Positions 24,101 through 38,971 of a stretch of DNA of 64,000 nt are shown in pieces. Each line of letters starts with the position of its first letter. Positions within the stretch are counted from its first letter, which is position 1. The stretch is from the NCBI GenBank assembly GCA_051294375.1, contig CM119263.1:2787583-2851582 (forward strand), in the 5' to 3' direction. The notes below the pieces were generated by a model. It was not told the origin of the DNA. It was given only the letters and a program-made list of their open reading frames with translations, and searched no databases. The translations under genes and the position numbers were made by a program. This DNA is from Paraspadella gotoi. Lineage: Eukaryota; Animalia; Chaetognatha.

Positions 24101-26398
24101 CTTAAATTTTGAGTTGAGACATATAAAAGAATGGAATACTAATTATATTTTATACTTATTAAAAGTAAATTTCTACATACAAGTATCACATTTTTAAATA
24201 CCTGATGTCTCAGAAGAATCTCCCCAAAAATTAGAATTCTACTCTTTATAGTACAAGACCACAATTATTTACAAACTAATGAGAGGAGAATTCACATTTA
24301 AGAATAAGATCAAAACATCTACTTTAAATTCAGGAATTTGAGCCATTTAAAAATAAAGTCAGGGCTGCAATTCAGATAAAATCATTATAAACTCTTTAAC
24401 ACAGGTAAGTAGGTTTGTTACTGATCGAGGTCAACTGAGGTTGTTGTCTCTTTGAATTGAGATTGATCAACGCTGTTCGCTGTTTCAAACGGAAGTTTGA
24501 GGCGGAAGCGAATTCCTGACCGGTAAGTCCTCCTCCTCTTCTTACTGACCCGGGTAAGTTCTCCCTCAGCCTGGAAAGTTTGCGCAGAAAACGAGGGACG
24601 GCAAATCTGTCGCGTAGATTGATATGAAACGTTTCTCATGGATTAGGTTTAAAAAAATATATTAAAAACAATGAATTAAGCGTTTATATTCTACAAAGTA
24701 ATTGGTGCCGAGAGTCAATAAGAAAATAAAGATGAGGATGAAACAACAATGAATCTAAACAAAGTAATGTGATAATACAGGTAAATTATTGCTCTTATAT
24801 GTTAATTAATGAATTTAAACTTTTATAAGACGTGTCATAGTTTCAAAGTCGTATAAAGCAAAGTTTTAACATCTGATTCAAGATTAAATAACCAAGACCT
24901 ATTAAATATTCTTATGTACTTGAAGCAGCGTGTAACGAGGAGCAGCATAGGCTAAAGTAAATCTAAAAAATGAAGCAGTATATGGATGACAACTCCAATA
25001 TGATAGCGAGTTGACAGCGAGTCCTCCGTAGGAAGGATCGATACAAAGTCTCGACAGTGGAATAAATCAGATGTATCATTGGGTAAAGGCAAGCACAACT
25101 ACACCTCAGAACTGGCGGCTAATAATTATGAAATGCGACGAAAGTTGCCCTCGGTGTTGACATGTGAAATGTGACGATCATTTAGGCATGATCGCCTGAA
25201 TGTATTGTAGATTGTTTTAAAAAGCTGTTGGTTTTGAAGTCGGTACAATGAAGAACGAGTAAGTTAGTATTACTATGTTTAGTTAGAACAGTCAGCCTGT
25301 TCAATTCATTGAAGCAATCCCGTCGTGACAGCAAATCCTTTCGGTAGGCATTCGCGTTAGACATTCGATGATCAAATATCAGACTGGTATTAAGCGCGTC
25401 CTTTTAATTTGAGTACCTTAAGAGACCACGCGAGGCTAGATCGGATTTGCAAAACGTTGTGCGAGGAGCAAATGCGTCAGGCACCTTAAATGCCCTAAAG
25501 AATAGAAGGTAATGGTGATTATTTAGTAACCATAAAATCACAAAATCAAAACAGTGTTTACTTTCCTCTATGGTCGCTTGGAACCGCCCCCATCCCTAGA
25601 ATATACAAAAATGTCCCTTTTTATATTAGAAAGAACCAATCAGAAACTAGGTAGCTATCAAATTTTAAAAATTAAACTATATCAGGGACTAGGATTGATG
25701 TGCTATAGCATCAATCCTTGTGCACTGGACCATTTTTATTAGCCTAATTATTTCTTATAACCATTAAGATAGTTGTTGCTCAGTAAGTAGAAACAGAGCA
25801 CGCATGACGCGTTGCCTTGGGGGACAATTTTAGTAACGCAGATATGGTGGACAATCCATCCAACTCTGATTGAGGAGCAAAATGAATGTTATTTAAAAAT
25901 CATTTCTACAATACCCTAAATTGAGCCTGATATGAGGTGGTCATATCGTCAGAATTGCGTCCTGCTTTGACAAAGACTATCTTAACCCTGTCTTTATATT
26001 CCCGGGACACGTGCCCACTTTTTTCTTTCTCGAGATTTCCCGCCACGAAGGAGTATTTCAACCCGGTTAAGAAATTTCGAAAGAGAAAAACTTGTCGATT
26101 CAACTTTCGGTTGTGAAAGCGAAAAACTGAACGATAAAACCTTCTCACTTTTCGATCTCAAAAACTGACGAAATTTTGATCGTTGAGTCACAGGAAAAAC
26201 GGAACTTGTCAGAAAGTTTCTTTGTCCGTCGCTTCTTTTATGACATCACTTGTGATAACAAAAAAAGACTCTCTTGCTCTTGGGTCTTTATATTTTTCTT
26301 TTAAAACTATTCGTTTTGAAATTGATTTTCCCGATTGTCATCAATAAAGTTTCACAAAAGTCTCTTTTCACTTCTCACTTCAACTCACTCTCGCCATC

Positions 26399-26773
26399 AT
26401 GGCGGACAAAGCGGCGTCGATCATCGGTCGTCGTCTTCTTCCTCATCGTCGGCGTCGTCCTCATCAGTCTCTACGTCTCCCAGTGTCACGTGGTGACTCC
26501 AACTCCATCCACCTTCAAACATCAAACAGTTGACGCTTCTCACGAAACCGACGGACACCAACATCTTCGGGATCGATTGGTTCGGGAAACCAAAGGATGA
26601 GATCGCGTGTGAGTTGAGACTGGAGGAGACGTTTGTCGTCTGTCTGTATCTCGGTCGCTTGTCTCTGGTCGCTCTATCTCTCTGTATAGATATATTGTAT
26701 GGCTTTAAGTGTATGGGCACATAATATTATTTTATTTGCGAAAAACAGATACAAAGAGTTGTGTAACATTTAG

Positions 26774-26814
<41 letters not shown>

Positions 26815-28050
26815 GAGAGGAGAGAGAGAGAAGAGGGAGGGGAATATCTGTCGCCGGCTTCTCTCGCGACCGCCATATAAGTAAACGTTTCGGTCAAACG
26901 TGTCTTTTGTTTTTCGTTTTTCTTACACTTTTCATAATATTTTGATAATCTCCGGCAATGTTAATAATTTATAAAAAAAGGCTTAGTTATATATTTATAA
27001 TTTAAAATCGAAGTTTTTAAAAATAAACTGATTTTAAAACGTTTACAATTACCAGCAAGTCGAGTTTGACATCTTTCAATTTCGGGCTCATACTCGTCGC
27101 CTTAGCATCCCCTTAAAAATCCTCCCCCCTCAAAAATCTGAAGCCTGCTTGGTGCAGCTTTACCGTCTTCCTTTAATCTCATCTACCTTTACCCTCACCT
27201 TACCTCACCGCTCCAGCCACGTCTGGTGCGGCATGTGCGTCTCCACGAGTCCCTACCAGAATCGGCGAAGGTCAAACCCATCAAATTCGATCATCGAGTC
27301 CACAGCTTCTTCACCTTCGCCTTGAAATTTCGCCTGGAGGAGAGCGACGGAGGGTTGGAGGCAGGAACGACCATTCCGACACTTACAAGTTCGGCTCTGA
27401 CGAGATGACGAGTTTACGGGAACAATTGAAGGACGACGCCAATAAAGTCGAACTCAAATATCACATGACCGTCAAAGGCGGAGACCTTTTCTCGAAAACA
27501 AAATCTTCGGTTTCATCGCCAAGAATCTCTGCGTCTCGGCCTTCGACTTCGTCATGGGTCCTTGGCAAATTGGCCAAAGGCGGCAAAGTCACGCCGCCCT
27601 CAAATTCTTGGGCAAAGATAAATCGGGAATGGGGAAGAAGCTCTTCGACAAGGACGTCGCCAAATTGTACGAGAGGTGGGCGACGCTTACGAAGGAGGGA
27701 AGGTGAAGAGAAGGCGATTTACGAAGCCGTCGCCGCCTATCAGATGAAGGCCGGGCTCAAGGCGCCGTCAAGAAGCCCATGAAGAGAAACTTGATGGAGT
27801 TCGCGACGGAGTTGGCGTTGAACGCGACGAAACTCGACAGATGAGATTCGCGTCATCTACGACGAGATGTTGATGGAGGGATTGCAGGAGACGGCGACGG
27901 AGGAAGAGTACGACGTGGCCAAGTCGGTCGTCGCGCAATGGGGGGACGTCATGCAGAGAGTGACGGACTCGCTCGAGTTTTGTCTGGATGAGATCAAACC
28001 GAGATCGGAAGGATGCAGATTTATTTGGAGATGGAGGCCGTCAGGAATGA
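26399..28050 (+). pseudogene. Frameshifted duplicate of the 13662-15345 gene (likely sequence errors rather than a real pseudogene)
   Basis: ORF fragments TLLTKPTDTNIFGIDWFGKPKDEIA, IKFDHRVHSFFTFALKF, LREQLKDDANKVELKY and MLMEGLQETATEEEY lie in shifting frames; almost no substitutions. Confidence 0.75.
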
Positions 28051-28942
28051 TGCTTTTTCCAATTTTGTAGAGTTTTTTTTTTTTACATCTTTTCAAGTGG
28101 TAATAATGTTTTTATTTAGTGGATTATTACTTTTTTCTTTATTTTCGCATTGGTTATACGACACAAGTTTATTAGGCTTCTTTCGTTAGTTAAATTTTTT
28201 TCAAATTCGGAATTAAATGAGCCGAATTGTAAGATTATACAATTAATGATTTTTTTGTTCACTCAATTCCATTTTATTTTTATTCTTGGCTTTTTGATAT
28301 AAAAATATTTCGTCGTCGTTTTCTACTGTTATGAATATTAAAGATTATGTTATTGAAAGAAATTTTTAAATCTTTCTCAAAAATCTGCAAAAGACGATGT
28401 GAGAATATTTAGATTCTGAAACACAATTTGCAAAAAGAGCAATGTTTGATGCGTCGGCTGGCGGTTGAACTGGCTATAAAAATAATGAAGGGATTCCTAA
28501 ATCTCGAAGAGTAATAATAATTGTAATAAATTGTAATAAATTGTTATAAATTGGTGGCAAAATCCTTGGATTCCGTAAAAGCTACGGTTCCATACGGCCG
28601 ATCTTTTAATGAGAAACTATTATGATCGAATGACGAGGTTTGCGGCTGGAAGAAAGCAACGAAGAAAACTATTAGACAGTGAAAATACTGGTCAGAAAAT
28701 GTCAACTTAGATGATCGTTAAATACTGAAGAAAATATTTTTCCATATCCAATCTACCTTAAAACGATAATGAGTGAAAAAGACGCATAAGAGCGAAAAAT
28801 ATTAAAGGTATTACTAGAATATCTCTTCTGCCCACACGTCTGGTTCGAACGCGGAATCGGAAAAAAGATGATGTATGCACGAAGACAGTCTTCATCGGAA
28901 AATAATAATCCGAAAAAAAAAGAGAGAGAGAGAGAGAGGGAG

Positions 28943-28985
<43 letters not shown>

Positions 28986-29679
28986 AGGGGGAAGAGTAGT
29001 AACGAAGGAAAACGAAGCAAGGAAAAGAGGAAGGTTATAAAACCTGGAATGATTCCCACTCATAAAAATAGGAAGAGTAAAAAACAGAAGAAAAGGTGAG
29101 TCTGAGAGGAAGATGCCTATCTCTTTATCTTTCTGTCCTTCTTTTCTATTTTCTTTCTATCTTATCTTTCTTTCTTTTCTCTTCCTAACGTTTATTTCGG
29201 GAAACCGTTTCTGCGGAGAAAATCGAGGACGTTTAGGAAAGAAAGAAATAATAGAAGGAAAGAAAAGAAAAAGGAAGAGAAAGAAAAGAAAGAAAAGAGA
29301 GATCAGAAGACAAGAAGGAAAGAAAATGGAAAGAAAAGAAAAGAAAAAAAGAAGAAGTGAAGGAAAGAAAAGAAAATTGAATTAAATGAAAGAAGACTAT
29401 AAACGAGAGAAAGAAAAAAAAAGAAAAAAGGAAAGAAAAGAGGAGAAATCAAACAAAGACAAAACTATAATGAGAACATAAACACAAACAAACAAACATA
29501 ATCAACTCAATAAACTAAAAATTTAACCATATCTATTTTTTTCTTTCCTTCTTTTTTTTTCGCCTCATTTCATTTTTCAATAGAAGCAATAAATGAACTT
29601 TTAAATCGAGAAATCCACGAACTTACCCTATAAAAGAAGGTTCACGCTCGAACAAGCCTTTTTCATTGAAGCCAGCGCA

Positions 29680-29761
<82 letters not shown>

Positions 29762-30074
29762 GTCCTAGAAATGATACGTAGAAACATTGATGCAAAATTC
29801 ATAAATAATTAAAATTGAATGAGAATCGAAACGATAACTGATTATAATAATCATAAGCATGCATAGCAAATGAATTAATTCGAAACAACCATTATAAATT
29901 TTACGTCTACTGAGTCTGACGACAATAACTAAAGCAAAAGGATTCAATGTCGAAGAAAGAAAAAAAAAGAGAAAAAAGAAAGAAAGAAGGAAAGAAAAAT
30001 ACAAAAAGGAAAAGGTGTCAAGCAGATTAACCGCTCTTCCCTGAAGACGAGAGGAGAGAGAGAGAGAGAGAGAG

Positions 30075-30179
<105 letters not shown>

Positions 30180-30664
30180 CTACACAGTAATCTCCCTCAT
30201 TAGCTTCATTAAACCGAATTCCAAGGTTCGTTTCTTCTTTTGACTTTTTCGTTCACAATCACAACGAAGGCCGAACAGAGTGAGACACAATGAGGTGTGA
30301 ATATCATATTCGTTCACAGATATCGAGTTCGTCAGTCTCACACGTTCTACTGAGAGATCTGTGACAGTCAATCACGATGTGACTCGCGGAAAACGTGAAC
30401 GAAGGACGAGGAAAAATATTCAAAGGAAACGAGTCACACGGAACTCAGGTGGCGCCGCGAGAGAGAAATGACCGATGCCCATAACGACAGGTGATAAGGA
30501 GGTGCAAGAGGCGTCGCTCAACGCTTTGCAGATTAGGAGGTGTCGACGACGACGACGACGACGACGACGACGGGACATTGTCATTAACTGACTGTCGGCT
30601 TTGAAGATGGCACTGGGTGACAGGAGTCTCTCGGGGTAAACTAAAGGGAGCGAAGGAAGAGAAG

Positions 30665-30711
<47 letters not shown>

Positions 30712-31073
30712 GGAGGAGAGGAAAAAGAGAGAAGAGAGGGCGAGAACGCATATTCATTCTATGGTTGAAGATCGAGGTCAAGGTCAAATCCTTATGCTGA
30801 TTATAAATCCGCCCTAACTGCAGTCCCCCGCCAGATTGCTAAGTCTGAGTTTCTCATACAATCCGCGGTCATATACGCGGAGAAAGAGACTTGCAACTGA
30901 TAAAGACGGGAGGGAGAGAGAGAGGGAGGGAGAGAGAGAAATAGAGGGGGAGAGTGAGAGAGAGTGAGACAGAGACAGAGAGAAAGAGTGAGAGAGAAAA
31001 AAGGGCACGAAGATTAAAAAATGTTCAATCAAAAAAATTAATTTTCTTTCTGTATCTGAATGTTGCCACGCCT

Positions 31074-31125
<52 letters not shown>

Positions 31126-31934
31126 CGCCAAGTACAAATTTCCTTCGTCTCCAAAATTTAATCAACTTTTCCTTACATTTGACTTCTAAGAAGGCAAGCC
31201 TTACCCCGACACCCGACCTTGCCGACTCACCCAAACGTCGTCAGCACCCAATTTTCGCGCATCCAAAACTCGAGGCTGGAAAAGCGAAAGATTGTTTGCC
31301 TTTTCGACGCAAAACCCATTGATTCCGTTCACCTGCAGAAGAAACGCAGATGGCGTTGGTGAAATGGAGGCGACGACAATGACGACGACAACGACAGAAA
31401 CGTTGATGCGATGGACGACGATAACGAAGAAGAAATAAAGAGAATAACGACGACAACGAGAATAACAAACTACCACTGGCTGAGAAGAGAACGAGACTCA
31501 AAATTGTTGAAGGTGAGGTGCTGCGATGAGGTCTGAAATAATAAACAGCTGCTTTTACAGTTGTTGCAACAACAATGTACCACGAATCGACAGTCAACAC
31601 CCCAGATTTATAGGGTGGCGCAAATTCGGAATGACGACTACGACGACGACGACGACGACGACCACGAAGACTATGGCAGAAAGAAAATGGGCGTGGAAAT
31701 TTAGGGAGAAAGAAAAGGGGGAAAAAATGGAAATAACGAAAAAGAAAACAAGGGGGGAAAAAAAAGGAAAGCCAAGGAACATGAAAGAGAGAGAGAAAAA
31801 AGAAAGGGGGCAACTATTAGGTTTTCTTGATGTCTGGCGCTGGATCGCGGTCCAGCGGCCAAGAGAGAAACGTGTTAATCGATTCGGAACAGAGATTCCA
31901 GATTCGCGGAGCAGAGGGCACCACTTGGGAGGAA

Positions 31935-32059
<125 letters not shown>

Positions 32060-32242
32060 AAGAGAGAGAGAGCTATTACACTAAAACTAATTTTCCATTC
32101 TCCTTCGACGGACCTCTAATTTTTTTTTTTTTTTGCCCAATGTAAGATCTGCAGCGGAAAAAAATCAGGAGGCCTACCCACAGAACGACCAATTGAAAAT
32201 GGAGAATGTCCAATGATACGTATATATTTATTAATGTACTAT

Positions 32243-32497
32243 TGTGGCGGTATATTCACACCGCCTCACGTCCTTCATCCTTCAGCCAAATCCATTGGCT
32301 CAGAGGGGGAACACACCATCCCAAGCGTAGTGTTCCATCCACAGTCCTAACGTCTTCCCTCTGCGTGGGCAAAGCGTGACCGTCCTAGGGTAACCGCGAC
32401 AGTGACTGGAGGCGTCACTGAGGGTCGGTAGCCCCCAAAGCCAACAGTGAGATGCCCCATCCCAATGGGCATCACAGGCAACCCGGCTGTTGCCGTA
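32243..32497 (+). mobile_element. Solo LTR of a third tRNA-bearing TRIM-like family
   Basis: Flanked by CTAT (32239-32242, 32498-32501). Starts TGTGGCGG with hairpin GGCGGT..ACCGCC; A-box TGGCTCAGAGG, CCCAA loop and degenerate B-box GTTCCATCC; three 3' hairpins (CAGTGAC/GTCACTG, GATGCCC/GGGCATC, GGCAAC/GTTGCC). A second, deleted copy lies at 45733-45850. Confidence 0.7.
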
Positions 32498-33018
32498 CTA
32501 TAATAAATTATTAATGTAATAAAATAATAAGTCTTTTTTGAATTTTATATTTTATTTTCGGTTCCTTTCATGTTTTTATTACCTGATCGTATTTTTCTCT
32601 CAAGTTAGACAGTTTTCTGCTTCCAGATTTTCTAAAAATAATTTTATCATGTTCCTTCAAATAAAGTCAAAAAATTCCAAAATTTTGGGAGCAGAAATCG
32701 AGGGTACTTTGTTCAATTGTTCGTTATTCACACAGCGGAATGAATGAACTGGTGAATTCTGTTGAACTGTTGATTCTGGTGATGAGATCATCTGGTGATC
32801 TTAATTTGGTCCGGAGCGCAATCTGTTGCTTATGGTTCACTTTATGGTGAAAAGTCGGACTTTCCTTTTTACTTTTAAGGACTAATGACTGATGACTGAT
32901 ATTTATAGTAGTCAGTGAATTACTGAATACTGTTGATAAAACTAAATATGAATTATGTGAAATCCTTTCTTTCGTTGTGTCATATATATTTTGAGAAAAA
33001 ATTTTGAAATAATTCCAC

Positions 33019-33100
33019 AATGATTTATTTTGAGACAGTGAATATGTTTCGACTTTTGAATTAAAGTCGAAAAAAGTTCACTGTTTCAAAATAAATCGTT
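33019..33100. repeat. ~80-bp near-perfect hairpin (tiny MITE-like)
   Basis: AATGATTTATTTTGAGACAGTGAA...TTTCGACTTT pairs with AAAGTCGAAA...TTCACTGTTTCAAAATAAATCGTT. Confidence 0.75.
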
Positions 33101-33518
33101 TTTAAATTATTTTAACTAAATATAAAAAATAATTTACTAATGAACGTTATTTTTTAACAATCGTAGTTTTCGATAAAATTTTTTTTTTGCAAAGTTGAAC
33201 CCTAATTTTCGAAGGTAGGCTCATTCAAGCGGATGCTGGAAGAGGTAAGTTAAGTTTATGGATAGACTTTAGGAACCGGGTTACCGAGAGGGCATTGAAC
33301 CCGGAACGGTCGTAGCAAAGGGGTTCTGCTGTCAAATCCATTGTAATTACTTACAAATGGCGAAGCCCGTAAAAGATGGAACTGAGGCCCCGTGATTGGT
33401 CGGTCGGTCAGTCACTACAACGACCGAAAAAGAAAAAAAAAATCCTAGAGGCGATTCTCTCTTTGACGAATGGAAAGGGCGAACCGAGGTCAAAATGGCG
33501 AACGGAGATTTGGGGCGC

Positions 33519-33562
<44 letters not shown>

Positions 33563-34436
33563 AAAGAAATTGAGACAGAGTCAGAGAGAAGAGCCAGTCA
33601 GAGAGAAAGCTTCTCAACTCCTTGTCGAAAGGACGTTAAGAGCTTATAAATACGTCAGAAGGAAATTGCTCGCAAACTGGCGATTTCTCTCTCCGAAGAA
33701 AACTTGACTGACTTCGACTCATCGGTGAGAAATTTGAACAGAAGGAAGAATTCAAGTGTGTAGCTTTGACCCTCCCTCATCGCAGATCATCACTGATCAT
33801 TAGCTCAGTTATCAAACTAAGCGTTTAATTTTATTGTCAATTTACAATTAGTTTCGATGAAACAGTCACAGAGTAGTTTTAAAGAACAATTACTTTTAAT
33901 TTGTATTTAGGATTTAATAGTAGTTATTTAGTATTCACTATTTGTTTAATGGTTTCGTGAGAACGAACAAAAATTATTTCTTATAAATTTGTTATATTTT
34001 TATTACGTAATGTTAGTAGTAAAAGCAATTTTAAAATTACTTCACTCTATGTAAATTATAATACACAGTCCAAATAATGACAACACTGTCGTATCTTTTT
34101 GTTATCACCTCTGACAATCGAATCTAAAGCCAATTCACCTGGCGTCACAGACTGAACGTCAACAGTTCACAAAATGACTCTTTCACTGGCCAACGATTCT
34201 GTGATGAAGGGTTGACCGAAAATAGCCGCGTGTGCGGGGGGGGGCGTGGGGGGGAGAAGGAGATGGGAGAATGACGTCGCTCGAAACAATCGCCTCGAGT
34301 CGAGAGAATCCGAGAAGAATATGCGATGAAGGTTAAAGTGAGTGGATTTTAAAAATCGGAATTTCGTCATAAAAAAAATGGTGAGTCTTGTCTCGCCCCT
34401 TGCCCCCCCCAAAAAAAACATGTGAATAAAGAAAAT

Positions 34437-34490
34437 GATGGAGGCCTTAAAAACCGAAGCCTGTCCAGGGGCAAGATTGCTTATTTATTA
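34437..34490 (+). repeat. Short dispersed repeat (possible truncated retroposon 3' tail); also at 38797-38858 (+) and 60723-60765 (-)
   Basis: Shared core GCCTGTCCAAAGTCAGGGGCAAGATAGCTTATTTATT ending in a TTTA-type tail, found in three places. Confidence 0.65.
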
Positions 34491-34796
34491 AATTTATAGA
34501 TTATTTTATATTTCATAAAATGAAATTCGGTTTTTCGACGAGAAAAGAGAAACGAAAGATGACCGTCAGGGCGTCAGGGCGTCAGGCATCTCCACCAGGC
34601 AGTGAACCAAACGAAAAATAAGTGGCATTCTTGTGGAACCGCGCTGCCTGTAACAGCAACCGCAACATCAGGGCTTGTCGGTCCAGCAGTCAACAATTAA
34701 ATGGTGCGTCACGGTCAATCAGGCCAAGAAACCAATGAAAGTCAAAAACAACGACAGGCGTTGTTATCCGTCAGGCCTAGCAGCTAACAACATCAA

Positions 34797-34867
<71 letters not shown>

Positions 34868-36120
34868 TCCCGCCGAAAAGAAGGACAAAATGGCGACTGT
34901 CACAGTTTGACGCCTTCCAAATGGAAACGACGCCGCCGCCGCTGTCGACGCCGCTGCACGACGCCGCTTCCGACGCCGACGCCGCTTCTTGACTCTAAAC
35001 AAAGCGGGCGTCAAGTCACGATCCGGCACGAGACTGTGAATGGGAGAAAGGTGGCGCGCCGTTAAGGAATAAAAATTGGGGGCGCACCGGAAATGATTGG
35101 ACATTGACGAGCGTCAGTATGTACATGAAAATAGGCTCAGACTATTCGTAATATATTCAATTATACAATGTAGCAAGCTACGAAATAGTTGCGCATAATA
35201 AATACGGAGTTCGCGTCGTGAAAATTCGGCGCCGGGGTAGAGAGGGGGGGTCAGAAACAGGGGTCCAGCTGTTTTCGCCAAATCGAAGCCCATCAGAGAA
35301 ATACAGGTGTGCACTGTGCATGCGCAATGTGCGTGCAATTTGCATTCACAAATGTGCGGGGCTTTCAAAAAAGGAGCGTCGGAGCTTTGCCACCCAGAAG
35401 GTTACCAATCAGTCCAACTCCAAGAACGACGCGAAATACGAATCAAGCAGATGCCGGCGGGTAAATGGCGGCGGCGGCGGCGGTCACTGGCTGCGCCCCG
35501 GGGCTCAAGAGAAGAGATTCTATTCGACCGCAATTAGAAGATCGAGACGCGAGGCTAAATCGGGTCAACGCGACGCGTCGTCTCGTGAGACAAATGAAGT
35601 TAGAACGTGTCTCCCTCGACGGAGACGACGATGGCGGAAGAGAAAAAGGCGAGAGAGTCACGTCGGGATACGAGACCACGTTGTTACGGATTTGGGGGCG
35701 TGGGAATGAAAATGGAGAGAGAACAACGCCGTTGTTTGGATATGGAAGGGATTGCGTCCGGTAGGGGGAGGGAGAGAGAGAAAGAGAGTGAGACACACAC
35801 AGAGACACTCACGTCCGGTCGGCATTAAAAGCGCTACAGAAGCAAAGCGAATCTCTCTCGGGCCGCAGTTCCGCTAATGGATTATGGTTCCACTTGACCT
35901 CCTTCGATTCTTAGAGATTTCCTTCCGTTAAAAAAAGAAAATAACTTTTTTTTCTCGATTTCTCAGAAATGAGATTCGCTGACAAAACGAAAACAATTTG
36001 GAGACATTTAAAAATTGTTTATCTACCCCTGGGTCCAAAAGCGAATGTTGTTGTGGTTGTTGTTTAGACCGCTAAATCGGCCTAATTTTTCCAGCTCCAT
36101 TTTATCTCCAATTTTTAAAT

Positions 36121-36260
36121 AGATTAGGGCTAAGGATTATGGTTAGGAATTAGGGGTAAGGATTAGGGTTAAGGATTAGGGCTAAGGATTAGGGCTAAGG
36201 ATTAGGGCTAAGAATTAAGGTTAAGGATTAGGGTTAAGGATTAGGGCTAAGGATTAGGTT
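36121..36260 (+). repeat. Telomere-like degenerate 13-bp array (TTAGGGYTAAGGA)n; a more decayed (CCTAAY)n tract lies at ~54260-54445 on the other strand
   Basis: About 10 visible units; internal position with no pure TTAGGG run. Confidence 0.75.
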
Positions 36261-36757
36261 TATAAGTTTAAGAATATATTAAGGTTAAAATTAAATTACG
36301 GGATAAACGAACAGAAATTGGGCAGTCTCGGAAAAGAGAACCAATCCTTAGTTAATGTACTGTTTTTTTTCGTATCGATTTTTATTTAATTTCTTAATTA
36401 TTAAACTCTCTAAATTGATATTTTTTTTGGCTTAACCTGTTAAAATTATCGATTATTTTCGATTAGTTATCTTTATTTTATGAACAATATAAAGATTACC
36501 TATAATATTACCTGTAATATTTAAGTGGCATGGGAAAAAAATATTTTGGAAAGTTGAGGGAAAGATGGCAGGGTTGGGCGTGAGGGGAAAGTTGGGGGGG
36601 AGGGGCGAGTGAAGAGAGAGATAAATGTGGAGAGTCAGACTGTCAGCGACAGCGGTAGGGGGGGCGTGGAGCCCATTGTTATTCGATAACAAATGGCGGA
36701 AACTTATTTAAAAGAGATACGATAAAGAGAGAGAGAGAGAAAGAGAAAGAGAGAGAG

Positions 36758-36851
<94 letters not shown>

Positions 36852-36986
36852 CGAGAGAACGAGGAAAGAGAGAGACACACACAGAGAGAGATTGAGTGAG
36901 AGGGTGAGAGAGAGGAAAAAAATAGACATAGAGCGAAAGAGAGAGGGAGAGAGAGAAGAGGGACAAAGAGAGAGACCGCACCACAC

Positions 36987-37084
<98 letters not shown>

Positions 37085-37187
37085 AACGATCAATCCCCAC
37101 TGACGCCGAAACGCGTCACCGAGTTCATACGCGCGTCCAACCTTCGTTTCCCTCCCCCTTTTTTTTTCTTCAAAAACGAAGTCGGTC

Positions 37188-37472
37188 GAGGAGAAAATAG
37201 AGAAGTTCGTCAAAGAAAAAAAAAGTAAAAAAGAGAGGTCATCTCGTGAAAAGAGAGAGGTTGGAAAAATAAAGAAAATATTTAAAAAGAGAGAAAAGAA
37301 AAGTGGAGGAGAAAATAGAGAAGTTCGTCAAAGAAAAAGAAAAGAGAGGTCGGCGCGTAAAAAGAGAGAGGTTGGCTGTGAAAAGGGCAGCCGTGTAAAA
37401 ATTTTCAAAATATGTATAAGGGAGTTGGGGGAAAAAAAGAAAATATTTAAAAAGAGAGAAAAGAAGAGTGGA
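37188..37472. repeat. Local ~118-bp tandem duplication
   Basis: GAGGAGAAAATAGAGAAGTTCGTCAAAGAAAAA..AAAAGAGAGAGGTTGG at ~37188 and ~37306; AAAGAAAATATTTAAAAAGAGAGAAAAGAA at ~37271 and ~37436. Confidence 0.8.
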
Positions 37473-38971
37473 CTTTGGTCTGGCTTTAAAAAAGTCAAAG
37501 TTTTAAATCACTTTAGCTCCGAATATAAAACTCGGTTTTTCGCATAAATTGAAGGCCCGAAGTTTTTTTGGGTTTTTTTTTCGCCATTTTTTTTTCTTGG
37601 TGACGAAAAAGAAATTAAAGAGAAGCGGAGAAAAAAAAAGTTGGTGTGGTGAATCCTAAATTTGCCTCCCGTATAGATCGGTGAAACTCAGCTCGTCCCA
37701 TTGGCTTGGACAGCTTTGTACTCGTTCACCAACAAACCGGGTTCTCTCCCACCTCGGAAGATGCCTCACACCCCGGGCATCACACATGTCTCCCCGTAAC
37801 CATATTGGCTTCTTTTTTATTTTGAGGGGCGTAAAAGTTTGATGAAAATAGCAGACTCTAAATCTTTATCTTCGATTTGAAACTAACTTCAAAAGAAGAA
37901 AAAATCATCATTTACTGCCGCATTGTAATTGTATTACCCTGTTTTTCACAAAGCGACGCCCAAACGACGCGAGAGAGCCGTTGTGTTAAGATGGCTGCGG
38001 ATCGGCGGCGGCGCCGCTTGCTGCAGCGACGGCTCCAGACGGCTGCGGCAGCGAGGGCTGCTGCGGAGTCGACGCGATATGCGCCATCTCGACAGCTGAT
38101 CTCGCTTTGACCTTCCGGCGTCGCGATTTCAAAAAAACAAATGAGGCGAAACTAAGAAAATCGACGCCGCATTAAATCTAACGACGTCGGCGGCGCCAGC
38201 GGTGTCGGCTGCGTGGCGGCCCCGGCGGCGTCAACGGCGCTGAGATTAGCGGCGTCGGTATCGCCGGTCTCGCGTTGACGGCATCGCAAGCGTTCCTCCC
38301 TTCCTTCCATCCTTTCTTCCAGGCGTGCCCTTTATCATCTCCAGCCCCGATTGCCCCCTGACTTTCAATTGATGCAGTTTGCTGAGGCCAATGGACTCTC
38401 GCTAACTAAACGCCTTGATCTACTGAAAGGGAAAAAAATTTTTTTCCCGTTAACTTATTTGTCTTTGTCAGTTGTATTGTCTTCGCTGACTTTTGATTGT
38501 AAATGGCTCCCGTTGTGGCAACCGCGTGTAGACTGTAGAGGGGTAGACACCCTGTGTCGAGGCCCGGGCTCTATGGAGGAGGGCGAGGGAAAAGGTCATG
38601 GAGCTTTTAAAAATTACTTTAAAAAATTCATTCAGACAATGAAAACACTTCGTTTGAATATGTTATATAAGGAATGGAGCACTTCATATTGATAGGGAGA
38701 GTTCCAGGTTCACCAGGGGGAAGAGAATAAATAAGACTGGAGAGAGTCTTGATTGAAAGCTTGCAGAAACCTGCTATGTTATTATCTTGTTAGTGTGATG
38801 GAGGCCTTAAACCACCAAGGCCTTGTCAAAGTCAGGGACCAAGATAGCTTATTTATTTAATGAATGGATAATTTTTATATTGGTGTTTGTACAATTAAAT
38901 AAAGAGAAATAATAGCTTTTTTATTTTGTAAACATATTTTGGTATCAGTAGGATATTTTAAAATGTAAATA

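Noticed and set aside
24650-25520. Apparent novel insertion unique to duplicate copy B (also 22770-22850, 24050-24200)
   Set aside because: Contains scrambled echoes of 12270-12830 (e.g. TTTGAGTACCTTAA, CAAGACCT); best explained as low-quality read sequence.
36121-36260. True telomere or chromosome-fusion scar
   Set aside because: Short, 13-bp period rather than pure TTAGGG, with no head-to-head arrangement.
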